A DNA stretch of 64,000 nucleotides from an uncultured Gemmatimonadaceae bacterium (GTDB taxonomy: Bacteria; Gemmatimonadota; Gemmatimonadetes; Gemmatimonadales; Gemmatimonadaceae). The stretch spans positions 192,001 through 256,000 of the forward strand of contig CAVVTZ010000009.1 of assembly GCA_963751275.1 (NCBI GenBank). The letters are read 5' to 3'. Positions within the stretch are counted from its first letter, which is position 1. Each line of letters starts with the position of its first letter. The notes under the pieces were generated by a model. The model had not been told where the DNA came from and searched no databases. It saw nothing but the letters and a program-made list of their open reading frames with translations. Positions 31,382-41,618 of the stretch are shown piece by piece. The position numbers and the translations under genes are program-made.

Positions 31382-32353
31382 CTAGTGCGATGCTCCCTTG
31401 CACTTCGCCATCGCCGCCGACTGCATCTGCGAGATCGTCTGCGCGATCTGCATGAGTTTCGCGGTGTCGCCCGCTTTCTGCGCGGCCTCCATCTCGCTCT
31501 TGTGGTCGATGGAGTACTGTGTCGCGGCCGCCGATTCCTTCTGCATGCACGCCGCGAACGTCATCGAGCTCGCGGAGCCGGCACCCGCGCCGGCCGGCAT
31601 CGCCGGCGCGGGCGGCGGCGCGTTCTGCGCCGCGATCATCGCGTCGGTCTTGTAGCTCACGATCAGCAGCCTCGCGAGCACGATGCGCTGCGGCTTCACG
31701 GCCGCGATCTCGGCCGCCGAGAATCCGTTCGGATGCCCCCACGCCGAGATCTGCTGGCTCGTGGCGCTCGGGTCGCGCGCGAGCACGCTCACGAGCGTGG
31801 GCATCACGTCCACCACACTGGTCCACGCGCAATAGTCGAAATCGCCCGCATGCTCGGCGGCGACATCGAGGCGGTCGTTGGCCGCCTTCTGGGTTTCCCA
31901 CGGGAGCGAAGGCAGCGTCACCGATTGGGGATTCGGCGCCACACTCGGCATCTCCTGTGCCGCCGCCATGTCGCCGGTCTGCGCTTTCTTCTGCAGCGCC
32001 AGATACTTGTCCCAATCGGGGCCCACCTGCGCGTCGAAATCGTTCCGGCGCCGTTCGAGGCTCCTCTGCTGGATCAGCGCGGCGTAGTACTGTCCGGTGG
32101 GCGTGTTCTCCTTGGCGATCACGGCCATCATCGAGTCGCGCGCCTGCAGCGCCTTGATGTACCGCGCCACGAGATCCACGGTGACCGTCGGCGCACCCGC
32201 GTCGCACTTGGGCGGCTTCGCGGCGGTCGTGCTGCTCGCCGGCTCGCTCTTCGCCGGTACGCCCGGCAGTTTCGGCGTGGGGATGGAGATCTGTGCGAGC
32301 GCGGCGCTCGTCGAGAGGATCAACGCGGCGGCGATCGGCATCGAGCGGATCAT
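31382..32353 (-). CDS. Secreted helical hypothetical protein
   Basis: AGGAG RBS, signal peptide ending ALA-Q, host-like codon usage. Confidence 0.7.
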   Translation of the reverse strand: MIRSMPIAAALILSTSAALAQISIPTPKLPGVPAKSEPASSTTAAKPPKCDAGAPTVTVDLVARYIKALQARDSMMAVIAKENTPTGQYYAALIQQRSLERRRNDFDAQVGPDWDKYLALQKKAQTGDMAAAQEMPSVAPNPQSVTLPSLPWETQKAANDRLDVAAEHAGDFDYCAWTSVVDVMPTLVSVLARDPSATSQQISAWGHPNGFSAAEIAAVKPQRIVLARLLIVSYKTDAMIAAQNAPPPAPAMPAGAGAGSASSMTFAACMQKESAAATQYSIDHKSEMEAAQKAGDTAKLMQIAQTISQMQSAAMAKCKGASH

Positions 32354-32457
32354 CGGTCGGCTCCTGGGGTTCCGAGTTGGATGCCAGCGGTGAAGGGCGG
32401 GGAAGCGTCCGGGGCTCCGGTTCCGCACCCTCCGTTCGCGGACTAAACTACCACTCA

Positions 32458-34040
32458 ATGACCAAGAAGAAAGACGCCCCCAAGCCGGGCGAGCCGAACG
32501 AGGAACTGCTCGCGCGCTTGCGCAGCACCACGGAGCTGCTCGAGCAGATCATTCGCGATCGCGGGGTGCTCGTGGGCGTTCCTTCCGAGGAGCGGCGGCG
32601 CTTGCTCGACGCCGTGGGCCAGGTGTACCACCCCAATGCCAACGCGCGCCGGCAGATGGTGCGCGCCACCACGCGCGCGCGCAAAGCCGAACGCATCAAG
32701 AAGGAGGACAAGTCGCTGCACGCGACGGGCATCCGCACCCTGCGCCGCCAGACGGTGTTCACCACGCCCAACGTCTTCCCGCCCGAGGGATTCACGCAGG
32801 AAGATGTGGACACCGAGGCCGAATTCCGAGAGGCGCTCGAGCCGCAGCACTGCTACGTCTGCAAGAAGAAGTTCACGAGACTGCACCACTTCTACGACCA
32901 GCTCTGCCCGACGTGCGCGGAATTCAATTTCAAGAAGCGCACGGAGCTCGCCGACCTGCGCGGCCGCGTGGCGCTGCTCACCGGCGGGCGCGTGAAGATC
33001 GGCTACCAGGCGGGCCTCAAGCTGCTCCGCTGCGGCGCACGCCTCATCGTCACCACGCGCTTCCCGCGCGACTCGGCGCAGCGCTACGCGAAGGAGCCGG
33101 ATTTCGCCGAGTGGGGCGACCGACTCGAGATCTTCGGGCTCGACCTGCGGCACACGCCCAGCGTCGAGGCGTTCTGCCGCGAGCTGCTCACCACGCGCGA
33201 CCGGCTCGACTTCATCGTCAACAACGCGTGCCAGACCGTGCGGCGCCCGCCGGATTTCTACGCGCACATGATGGACGGCGAGACGGCCGCGCTGCGCGAG
33301 ATGCCCGCCGCCGTGCGCAAGCTGCTCGGCGCCTACGAAGGGCTGCGCGGCTATCACATGCTGCCGGAGTCCGAGGGAACGGGCGCGGCGGTGACGGCGG
33401 ACGCCGGCTCACCGATGTCGCCGGCATCACCCACGCGGCGGAGCTCTCGCAGGTCCCGCTGCTCCCCGAGGAGCTGCGAGGCGCAGAAGGCGTCTGTTCC
33501 CCGAGGGACAGCTCGACCAGGACCTGCAGCAGGTGGACCTGCGCGAGCGGAACTCGTGGCGGCTGCTGATGGCCGAGGTGCTCGAGCGGTGGAGCTGCTC
33601 GAGGTGCAGCTCGTGAACGCGGTCGCGCCCGTTCATCCTGAACGCGCGGCTCAAGCCGCTGCATGCTGCGCACGCCCGAGCGCGACAAGCACATCGTGAA
33701 CGTGTCGGCGGTGGAGGGGCAGTTCTACCGGCAAGTTCAAGACGACGCGGCATCCGCACACGAACATGGCGAAGGCGGCGCTGAACATGATGACGCGCAC
33801 GGCCGCCACGGACTACCACGCACGACGGCATCCACATGAACAGCGTGGACACGGGGTGGGTGACGCGACGAGGATCCGGTGGAGATCGCGGCGCGGAAGG
33901 TGGCGGAGCATCGGTTCCATCCGCCGCTCGACATCGTGGACGGGGCGGCGCGCATCGTCGATCCGATCATTCACGGCGTGAACACCGGGCATCATGTTTG
34001 GGGGCAGTTCCTCAAGGACTACGAGCCGACCGACTGGTAG
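32458..34040 (+). CDS. SDR oxidoreductase with N-terminal CxxC/CxxC domain, frameshifted 33400-33870
   Basis: CYVCK...[48 protein letters not shown]. Confidence 0.85.
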
Positions 34041-34098
34041 CGCTCGGGAGTCGGGAATCGGGAATCGCCGCGGGACGCGCAACTACGGTGAGGGCGTG

Positions 34099-34872
34099 AT
34101 GATCCAGCTACGAATGCGCGCAATGCTCTCCGGTCTGGCGTTGGCGGTGGGAATCTCCGCCGCCGCGCAGACCGATGAGATCCAGGTCTACGACGGCGAG
34201 CTCGCCAAGCCCGGCGAGTTCACGCTGACGCTGCATACGAACTACATCGTTAATGGCGATACCGCGCAGGCCTTTCCGGGTGCGGTCACGGCGAACCATT
34301 CGCTCAATGGCGTTCCCGAGTTCGCGTATGGCGTTTCCGACTGGTTCGAGGCGGGACTGTACCTGCCCGTGTGGAGCCTGGACGCGCACCAGGGCTTCGG
34401 CCTCGATGGATTCAAATTGCGCGCGCTCTTCGCGGTGCCGCACGCCGACGAGCGCGCGTTCGCGTACGGGGTGAACTTCGAATTCAGCGTGAACGCCCCG
34501 CAATGGGATCAGTCGAAGTATTCCTCTGAAGTCCGCATGATCCTGGCCTGGCATCTCAAGCCGGTGGACATCATCGTGAATCCGATCTTCGACACGGATT
34601 ACTCCGGTCTCGCGAACCTCGATTTCGCGCCCTGCGCGCGCATCGACTACAACGCGGGCACGCTGTGGTCGTTCGCACTCGAGGAGTATTCCGACTATGG
34701 TCCCATCCATGACATTCCCCCGTGGAACGAGCAGTTCCACGAGCTGTTCGCGGTGGTGGACCACCATGGCAAGACGTGGGACGCGGAGTTCGGCGTCGGC
34801 GTCGGGCTCACGAGCGCCTCGGACCAGCTCACGCTCAAGCTGATCCTCGCGCGTTCGCTCAACGGCAAATAG
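34099..34872 (+). CDS. Putative outer-membrane beta-barrel protein
   Basis: Signal peptide, DEIQVYD, alternating aromatic strands. Confidence 0.65.
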   Translation: MIQLRMRAMLSGLALAVGISAAAQTDEIQVYDGELAKPGEFTLTLHTNYIVNGDTAQAFPGAVTANHSLNGVPEFAYGVSDWFEAGLYLPVWSLDAHQGFGLDGFKLRALFAVPHADERAFAYGVNFEFSVNAPQWDQSKYSSEVRMILAWHLKPVDIIVNPIFDTDYSGLANLDFAPCARIDYNAGTLWSFALEEYSDYGPIHDIPPWNEQFHELFAVVDHHGKTWDAEFGVGVGLTSASDQLTLKLILARSLNGK

Positions 34873-34883
34873 GAGCGCGGCGC

Positions 34884-35432
34884 ATGCGGCGTGTCGCGAC
34901 CGTCCTGATGGCGGCGGCCTCTCTCGTGACCTGCGCGGCCGTCGCGCGCGCCCAGGAGACGCTCGCCTTCACCGTGCCCGCCGCGCCCTGGCGGCTCGTG
35001 CTCCCGAAGAACGCGATCACCGTGGAGGATGAGCGCGTGGACGACAACGGCCGCTCCGGATACTTCACCATGTCCGATGCCAAGACGAACATCACGATCT
35101 CCTTCCTCATCCAGCCGGCGGGCGATTGCGTGAACAGCCGGACGTGCCGCGACAGCGTGCGGGCGCGTGGCAACCCCACCTGGCAGGATCCGCAGCAGAT
35201 GTCCGACGGCATGTTCGGCGACATCTCGTACTTCCAGTTCTTCATGCCATCGTACGGCGGATACCCCGTGAAGCAGGAGAACCTGTACGCCGAGTTCGTG
35301 CAGGACGGCTTCCGGGTGGACCTGCACCTCTCGAAGGTGCGATATTCGCCGTCGGACCACGCGCTGTTCGAGGCGATCGTGAGATCGATCCGTTTCGAGC
35401 CAAAGGACCCCCCGCCGGGAACGGAGGACTGA
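34884..35432 (+). CDS. Secreted hypothetical protein
   Basis: AGGAG RBS, signal peptide, C-x4-C, VDLHLSK. Confidence 0.7.
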   Translation: MRRVATVLMAAASLVTCAAVARAQETLAFTVPAAPWRLVLPKNAITVEDERVDDNGRSGYFTMSDAKTNITISFLIQPAGDCVNSRTCRDSVRARGNPTWQDPQQMSDGMFGDISYFQFFMPSYGGYPVKQENLYAEFVQDGFRVDLHLSKVRYSPSDHALFEAIVRSIRFEPKDPPPGTED

Positions 35433-35433
35433 G

Positions 35434-36117
35434 ATGCGGGTGCTGCTGTTCGGCGCGACCGGCATGGCCGGCCGCGCGGTGTTCGAGGCCTGCCTGGCGT
35501 CGCCGGTGGTGACGCAGGTGCGCGCCATCACGCGCGCTCCGCTCGCCGAGCCGTCGCGGAAGTTCGTGGGCGTGGTGCACGGCGATCTCAGCGACTACTC
35601 AGCGGTGGAGCCGGCCTTTCGCGATGTGGACGTCTGCCTCTTCTGCGTGGGGATCTCCTCGACGCAGGTGCCGGAGGAATCCGCCTACCGGAGGATCACG
35701 TACGACTTCCCGCTCGCGGCCGCCGCCGCGCTGCGCTTCGGAAGTCCGGCCGCGCAGTTCCAGTATCTGAGCGGCGACGGCGCGGGCCTCGACAGCCGCT
35801 TCATGTGGGCGCGCGTGAAGGCGGAGGCCGAGCGCGATCTCGTGGCGCGGTACCAGGCCGTGTGCTGGCGTCCCATGATCATCGGCGCGAAGGCGTCGGC
35901 GAATACGCCATTCGCGTACAAGCTGGTATTCCCGCTCTTCCCGTTGATGAAAGGATTCCGGCGATTCTACGTGAGCGGCGCGGATCTCGGCAACGCGATG
36001 ATCCAGGCGAACATTGAACGCACGCGCAGCCGTGTGATCAAGGCCGCGGAGATCCGGGATTTCGCCGATCGGTACTCGAGGGTGAGCCACCGGACTTCGG
36101 GGCCGGTCAAGGTCTAG
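35434..36117 (+). CDS. NAD(P)-binding epimerase / atypical SDR
   Basis: LFGATGMAG, FMWARVKAEAE. Confidence 0.88.
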   Translation: MRVLLFGATGMAGRAVFEACLASPVVTQVRAITRAPLAEPSRKFVGVVHGDLSDYSAVEPAFRDVDVCLFCVGISSTQVPEESAYRRITYDFPLAAAAALRFGSPAAQFQYLSGDGAGLDSRFMWARVKAEAERDLVARYQAVCWRPMIIGAKASANTPFAYKLVFPLFPLMKGFRRFYVSGADLGNAMIQANIERTRSRVIKAAEIRDFADRYSRVSHRTSGPVKV

Positions 36118-36127
36118 GAGGCGAATC

Positions 36128-36802
36128 ATGTTCGTCGGACACTACGGACCTAGCTTCGCCGCGAAGAAGGCGGACACATCGATCCCGCTCTGGGTGCTGT
36201 TCCTCGCGGTGCAGCTGCTCGACGTCGGCTGGGGCGTCTTCGTGCTCCTCGGCGTCGAGAAAGTGCGGATCATCCCGGGCTTCACGAAGTCGAATCCGCT
36301 CGATCTGTATTACATGCCGTATACGCACGGGCTCATCACCGCGCTCCTCTGGTCCGCGGGCGCGATGCTGCTCTATCGGTTCTTCTGGAAGAGCGCGACC
36401 ACGCGCGCGGGATTGATCGTCGCGGCAGCGGTGTTCTCGCACTGGGTGCTCGACTTCATCGTACACATCCCCGATCTACCGCTGTATGGCAACACGGCGA
36501 AGGTCGGACTCGGCCTCTGGAACTATCCCGCGATCGCGCTGCCGCTGGAGATCGTGGTCTTCGTTGGCGGACTCTGGATGTACTTCAGCACGGGCATCAA
36601 ACGGCGGATGCAGTTTGTGGTCCTGGGCATCGGAATGTTCGCGATCCAGATCGCGACCTTCTTCGGCCCGCCGCCGCCGTCGGCCAAGCTGGCCGCCGCC
36701 GAGGCACTGATCGCGTATTTCCTGTTCGCGGGACTGATCGCGTGGATGGAGAGGCGCGAAATGGGGGTCCGGCCTCCCGAACTACAACAATCGACAGGAT
36801 GA
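36128..36802 (+). CDS. Membrane protein, metal-dependent hydrolase-like
   Basis: MFVGHYG, PYTHGL, FSHWVLD..VH.PDLP, GLGLW. Confidence 0.8.
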   Translation: MFVGHYGPSFAAKKADTSIPLWVLFLAVQLLDVGWGVFVLLGVEKVRIIPGFTKSNPLDLYYMPYTHGLITALLWSAGAMLLYRFFWKSATTRAGLIVAAAVFSHWVLDFIVHIPDLPLYGNTAKVGLGLWNYPAIALPLEIVVFVGGLWMYFSTGIKRRMQFVVLGIGMFAIQIATFFGPPPPSAKLAAAEALIAYFLFAGLIAWMERREMGVRPPELQQSTG

Positions 36803-36894
36803 ACATGATGTGCATGATGAACGGCGGTGACGCCGTTCATCATGCACATCATGTTCATCCTGTCGATTGTTGTAGTTCGGGAGGCCGGACCCCC
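36763..36894. repeat. Perfect 64-bp-stem palindrome (CAGGATGAACATGATG family)
   Basis: 36763-36826 is the exact reverse complement of 36831-36894; loop GTGA. Confidence 0.97.
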
Positions 36895-38291
36895 TAGAAC
36901 GGATTATCCGGCAGCACGATGAATCGCGGCCGATCCACGACCACGCCGTCGAGATGCAGCATCGCGAGTCCGACGCCGGCCGCGCCCTGCATCATTCCGG
37001 TCTGCGCGATCACGTCGGCGGGCGAGATGCGATTCTCCGCCTGGATCCACTTGAGTCCGTCGCCGTCGATCGTCGCGCGCGCCATGGTGTCATCCGCGAC
37101 CTTCACCGCGAACACGAGATGCCGGCGTTCCTTGGTGAGCGCATACATCGACAGGAAGAACTCGCACACGCCGGAATTCCCGCAGCACTGCGAGATGTTG
37201 TTCCAGTAGCCCGAGAGATCGGGATGCTTCTCGGGCACGCCGCTGTCGATGATTCCCTGCGCGAGCTTCGGCACCTGGCTCGACCACTTGGCGTCTCCGG
37301 TCGCGACGCCGAGTTGGTGATAGAGGCGCGCGGTGCCCGCCGGCCCGTGGCACCAACTCAGATAGTAGAGATCCTCGCCGCCGGGCTCGTGGTGGAAGAC
37401 CTTCTTCCCCGCGGGACCGGTCGCGACCGCGATCGCGTCGAGGTACGTCGCGCCCGCGATCGCCGCGTCGAGGAAGGCGCGCTCCTTCGTCGCGAGATAG
37501 AGCGTCGCAAGGAAATATGAAACGCCCCCGGTGCCGTGCGAGAAGTTCGGATACAACTTCGCGACGCTTGGGCTCGATTGCCACTTGAGTCCGCCCTCCG
37601 CCGGGATCCCCACCTCCACGAGATGCCGCCCCGCCTTCGCCGCGGCGTCGCGCGCCTTCGGGTCGTTGAGCGCCTTCTCCGCCCAGAGCATCGTGAGCCC
37701 GATCCCCGCGCCGCCGGCGATGATGTCGTACACGCTGTTCCACGCAATGCCGTTCCCCTGCGGCGTCGCGGCCGCGTGCAGGAGCGTCATCGCGCGCTGC
37801 GCGCCCGCGTAGTACACATCGCGTCCGGTGGCCGCGTGCGTGCGCTCGAGCACGTACGCGATGCCCGCCGCGCCCGTGTACAGTCCCACGCCTTCTTCGC
37901 CGAGCTCCGCTGCCGTGGCGGGCAGTGTCGCGATGAGATAGTCCGCGCCGGATGCGGCGCGCTCGAGCATCGCCGGATCCCTGGTGGCCGACCACGCTTC
38001 GAGATAGAACAGCACGACGCCGGGCGTGCCGTTGTACATGTCGGTCTCGATCACTTCCGGCTTGAGCGGGTTCGCCGGCCACGCGGTGCCGCGCGCATCG
38101 CGCACCGCGCTCCGGCGGATCCACTGCTCGGCGCGCAGCGACGCGTTGTAGTACGGCCGGCTCGGCGCGAACAGATCGCGGAACAACCGCCGCCACCCTT
38201 CCGGCGCCGTGATCATCGCCGCGAACGCCGCCCCGCGCTCCAGCAGCGCGCGCCGCGTGAACCCCTCATGCGAGCCCGTGTCGTACGCCAT
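36894..38291 (-). CDS. LanC-like (lanthionine synthetase C) protein with putative Tat signal
   Basis: Repeated GxxG motifs, NFSHGTGG, SWCHGPAG, QCCGNSG, GMMQGAAG; TRRALL. Confidence 0.85.
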   Translation of the reverse strand: MAYDTGSHEGFTRRALLERGAAFAAMITAPEGWRRLFRDLFAPSRPYYNASLRAEQWIRRSAVRDARGTAWPANPLKPEVIETDMYNGTPGVVLFYLEAWSATRDPAMLERAASGADYLIATLPATAAELGEEGVGLYTGAAGIAYVLERTHAATGRDVYYAGAQRAMTLLHAAATPQGNGIAWNSVYDIIAGGAGIGLTMLWAEKALNDPKARDAAAKAGRHLVEVGIPAEGGLKWQSSPSVAKLYPNFSHGTGGVSYFLATLYLATKERAFLDAAIAGATYLDAIAVATGPAGKKVFHHEPGGEDLYYLSWCHGPAGTARLYHQLGVATGDAKWSSQVPKLAQGIIDSGVPEKHPDLSGYWNNISQCCGNSGVCEFFLSMYALTKERRHLVFAVKVADDTMARATIDGDGLKWIQAENRISPADVIAQTGMMQGAAGVGLAMLHLDGVVVDRPRFIVLPDNPF

Positions 38292-38380
38292 GAGCTATCC
38301 TATGGAAGGTCCGTCGCGCATGTCAATGAGTGGTTCGTACGGGTCCACGAGTTCTCAGGTTCCATGCGCAGCGACCCAAG

Positions 38381-38597
38381 CATCACGGTTCAAGCATGAA
38401 CGGATCAACCGGATGATCCGGATGCGACGGATCGCTCCATGAGGCGCATGAGTGCCCCGTGGCAATGTCGGCTTCGATGATTTGTTGTTCACAACAAAAT
38501 CGAACGCCTGCGTCAGCGCGCCGGCTTCTCTGCGCGCATGGAGCGATCCGCCGCATCCGCCCCATCCGGTTCATCCGTTCATGCTTGAACCGTGATG
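38381..38597. repeat. Core-arm palindromic element, copy F
   Basis: ~60-bp arms; CGGA at 38401, 38410, 38419, 38428; central TTTGTTGTTCACAACAAA (GTTCAC at 38487-38492). Confidence 0.93.
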
Positions 38598-38712
38598 AAT
38601 GTGTTCGCGCACTCGGAACGCGAGAACTCGCCGAGCCCGGCGTTCAACTAGCCACACGCTACCCCACACTCTAGTATTTACCACTCACCCTATGTTCCTC
38701 GAGGCCCTTGTC

Positions 38713-40767
38713 ATGCGGAATCGTCTGTTCGTTCTCCTCGCGCTCGCGATGGTGGCTGCGCCGCTCGATGCGCAGAGACCGACGAGCGACCGGCTCACGC
38801 TCAAGGACATCTTCGAGCTCGAGTGGGGCGCCGATCCGCAGATCGCGCCCGATGGCAAGCGCGTCGTGTTCGAGCGGCAGGGCTTCGACATCATGAAGGA
38901 CAACACGAAGAGTGCGCTCTGGATCGTGAACGCCGATGGCTCCGACCTCCGCCCGCTGCTCGATCCCACGCGGCAGGCCGGCAGTCCGCGCTGGTCGCCC
39001 GACGGCACGAAGCTGCTCTTCGTCTCGAGCGTGGATGGCAAGAGCGAGATCTTCGTGCGCTGGATGGACACCGGCGTCGAGGCGAAGCTCACGCACCTCG
39101 CCGAATCGCCGCGTTCGATCGCCTGGTCGCCCGACGGCAAGTGGATCGCCTTCTCGATGTTCGTCCCCGATGATCCGAAGCCGTTCGTGACGCTCCCCAC
39201 GCCGCCCGCCGGCGCCGACTGGGGACCGCCGCTGCAGTACATCGATCAGGTGCAGTACCGCTTCGACGGCCGCGGTTATCTCCGCCGCGGGCACACGCAC
39301 GTCTTCGTGCTGCCCGCCGAGGGCGGCACCGCGCGCCAGATCACCGACGGCGCGTGGGACGATGGCGCGCCGATGTGGAGTCCCGACGGCGCGGCGCTCA
39401 TCTTCTCCGGTAACCGGCACGCGGACGCGGAGTACGAGCCGAACAACAGCGACATCTACGAGGTATCCGCGACCGGCGGCGCGGTGAAGGCGCTCACCAC
39501 TCGCTATGGCCCCGACAACGATCCGGTCGTCTCGCCCGACGGCAAGACGATCGCGTACACCGGGTTCGACGACCGGCACCAGGGTTACCAGGTCACGCAG
39601 ATCTATCTGATGAATCGCGACGGCTCGGGCTCGCGCTCCCTCTCGGCGAAGCTCGACCGAGATGCGCGCGGTCTCGCGTGGAGCCGCGATGGCAAGGGAC
39701 TCTACTTCCAGTACGATGACCAGGGCGACACGAAGGTCGGCTTCATCACCACTGCCGGCGCGGTGACGGTGCTCGCGCACCAGCTCGGCGGCCTCGACCT
39801 CGGCCGCCCCTACGGCGGCGGATCGTTCACCGTCGCGAACAACGGGCGGTTCGCGTTCAACTTCACCACGCCGGACCATCCGGCCGACATCGCCGTCGGC
39901 GAGGCGGGACATCCGGTCGTGCGGCTCACGCGGCTCAATGATGATCTCTTCGAGCACAAGACCCTCGGCGCCGTCGAGGAACTGTGGTTCCCGTCGTCGT
40001 TCGACCAGCGCAAGGTGGAAGGCTGGATCATGAAGCCGCCCGGCTTCGATTCCACGAAGAAGTATCCGCTGGTGCTCGAGATCCACGGTGGTCCGTTCGC
40101 GAACTACGGCGCACGCTATGCGACCGAGCTCCAATTGTACGCGGCCGCGGGCTACGTGGTGCTGTACACCAATCCGCGCGGCTCCACGAGTTACGGCGAG
40201 GAGTTCGGGAATCTCATCCATCACGATTACCCGAACCACGATTTCGATGATCTGATGAGCGGAGTGAACGCCGTGATCGCGAAGGGCTACGTGGACACCA
40301 CGAACCTGATGGTCACCGGCGGCAGCGGCGGCGGCGTGCTCACCGCCTGGATCGTCGGCCACACGAATCGCTTCCGCGCGGCCGTCGTGCAGAAACCGGT
40401 GATCAACTGGTACAGCTTCGTGCTCACCGCCGACGCCGATGCCTTCTTCACGAAATACTGGTTCCCCGGCATGCCGTGGGACAACCAGGAGCAGTACATG
40501 AAGCGCTCGCCGATCACCTACGTCGGCAACGTCACCACGCCGACGATGCTCATTACCGGCGCGGTGGACTATCGTACGCCGAGCTCGGAGGCCGAGCAGT
40601 TCTACGAGGCGCTGAAGTTGCGGAAGATCCCGACGGCGATGGTGCGCGTGCCGAACGCCTCGCACGAGATCTCCGCGATCCCGAGTCACATGATGGCGAA
40701 GGTCGCATACATCCTGGGCTGGTTCGGCCAGTACCGTACGGGGAGCGGTACGCCGCTCACGCCGTAG
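38713..40767 (+). CDS. S9 family peptidase (acylaminoacyl / dipeptidyl peptidase)
   Basis: WSPDG repeats, IHGGP, NPRGS, TGGSGGG, DYRTP, HEI; signal peptide. Confidence 0.93.
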   Translation: MRNRLFVLLALAMVAAPLDAQRPTSDRLTLKDIFELEWGADPQIAPDGKRVVFERQGFDIMKDNTKSALWIVNADGSDLRPLLDPTRQAGSPRWSPDGTKLLFVSSVDGKSEIFVRWMDTGVEAKLTHLAESPRSIAWSPDGKWIAFSMFVPDDPKPFVTLPTPPAGADWGPPLQYIDQVQYRFDGRGYLRRGHTHVFVLPAEGGTARQITDGAWDDGAPMWSPDGAALIFSGNRHADAEYEPNNSDIYEVSATGGAVKALTTRYGPDNDPVVSPDGKTIAYTGFDDRHQGYQVTQIYLMNRDGSGSRSLSAKLDRDARGLAWSRDGKGLYFQYDDQGDTKVGFITTAGAVTVLAHQLGGLDLGRPYGGGSFTVANNGRFAFNFTTPDHPADIAVGEAGHPVVRLTRLNDDLFEHKTLGAVEELWFPSSFDQRKVEGWIMKPPGFDSTKKYPLVLEIHGGPFANYGARYATELQLYAAAGYVVLYTNPRGSTSYGEEFGNLIHHDYPNHDFDDLMSGVNAVIAKGYVDTTNLMVTGGSGGGVLTAWIVGHTNRFRAAVVQKPVINWYSFVLTADADAFFTKYWFPGMPWDNQEQYMKRSPITYVGNVTTPTMLITGAVDYRTPSSEAEQFYEALKLRKIPTAMVRVPNASHEISAIPSHMMAKVAYILGWFGQYRTGSGTPLTP

Positions 40768-40772
40768 CGCGC

Positions 40773-41171
40773 TTGCCCGGACTGCCGCTCACACTGCTCG
40801 CCCAGCCGCTCGCGATGTGCCAGCTTCCGGCGGATTCCTCCGAGCCCGCGTGGACGCGCGGGGCTCGCGCATTCCTGACGGTCAGTCGCACACCAACGGA
40901 ATTGTCGATCGTCGCCGATGAGCGTGCGTTCCCGGCGGACGTGAACGCGCAGCGCGGCTATCGCGCGTTCCGCGTGCAGGGGCCGCTGCCGCTGGATCTC
41001 GTCGGGATCTTCGCATCGCTCGCGGCGCCGCTCGCGGCGGAAGGGATCGCGATCTTCCCGATCGCGACGTTCGACACCGACTATCTGCTCGTGCATTCGC
41101 GCGACCTCGCGCGCGCGACCGCCGCGCTCGAGCGCGCCGGTCACGTGATCGCCGCAGAACCGCTTCTCTAA
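40773..41171 (+). CDS. ACT-domain protein (ACT_7-like); start approximate
   Basis: RTPTELSIV, GPL.LDLVGI, IFPIATFDTDYLLV. Confidence 0.82.
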   Translation: MPGLPLTLLAQPLAMCQLPADSSEPAWTRGARAFLTVSRTPTELSIVADERAFPADVNAQRGYRAFRVQGPLPLDLVGIFASLAAPLAAEGIAIFPIATFDTDYLLVHSRDLARATAALERAGHVIAAEPLL

Positions 41172-41180
41172 GGAGGGATC

Positions 41181-41618
41181 ATGACGCGTCGCACGGTCGT
41201 GCTGCTGCTGGCCAGCGTATTGCTCACGGGGAGCGCGCCCGACGATCCCCGTGCTCAGGTGATGGCCACGGAGACCGCGTTCGCGAAGACGATGGCCGAC
41301 CGCGACTATACCGCGTTCGGCACCTTCGTATCGAGCGAGGCGGTGTTCTTCACCGGCGCCGCTCCGCTGCGCGGCAAGCAGGCGGTGCTCGACCACTGGA
41401 AGCGCTACTATGACAAGGGGCCCGCGCCTTTCTCCTGGGCGCCCGAGAAGGTGGAAGTGCTCGAGTCCGGCACGCTCGCGCTCAGCACGGGGCCGGTGTA
41501 CGATCCCGCCGGCAAGCAGACCGGCACGTTCACATCTATTTGGCGACAGGATGCGCCCGGCGTCTGGCACATCGTGTTCGACAAGGGGAATCCCGTGTGC
41601 AACTGCGAGGCGAAGTGA
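41181..41618 (+). CDS. NTF2-like (DUF4440) secreted protein
   Basis: ETAFAKTMADRD, FSWAPE, FTSIWR...WHIVFDKG; AGGAGG RBS. Confidence 0.88.
   Translation: MTRRTVVLLLASVLLTGSAPDDPRAQVMATETAFAKTMADRDYTAFGTFVSSEAVFFTGAAPLRGKQAVLDHWKRYYDKGPAPFSWAPEKVEVLESGTLALSTGPVYDPAGKQTGTFTSIWRQDAPGVWHIVFDKGNPVCNCEAK

Noticed and set aside
36894..40767. Lanthipeptide biosynthetic cluster (LanC plus S9 peptidase)
   Set aside because: No dehydratase or kinase-lyase domain, Ser/Thr/Cys-rich precursor, or transporter was found nearby.
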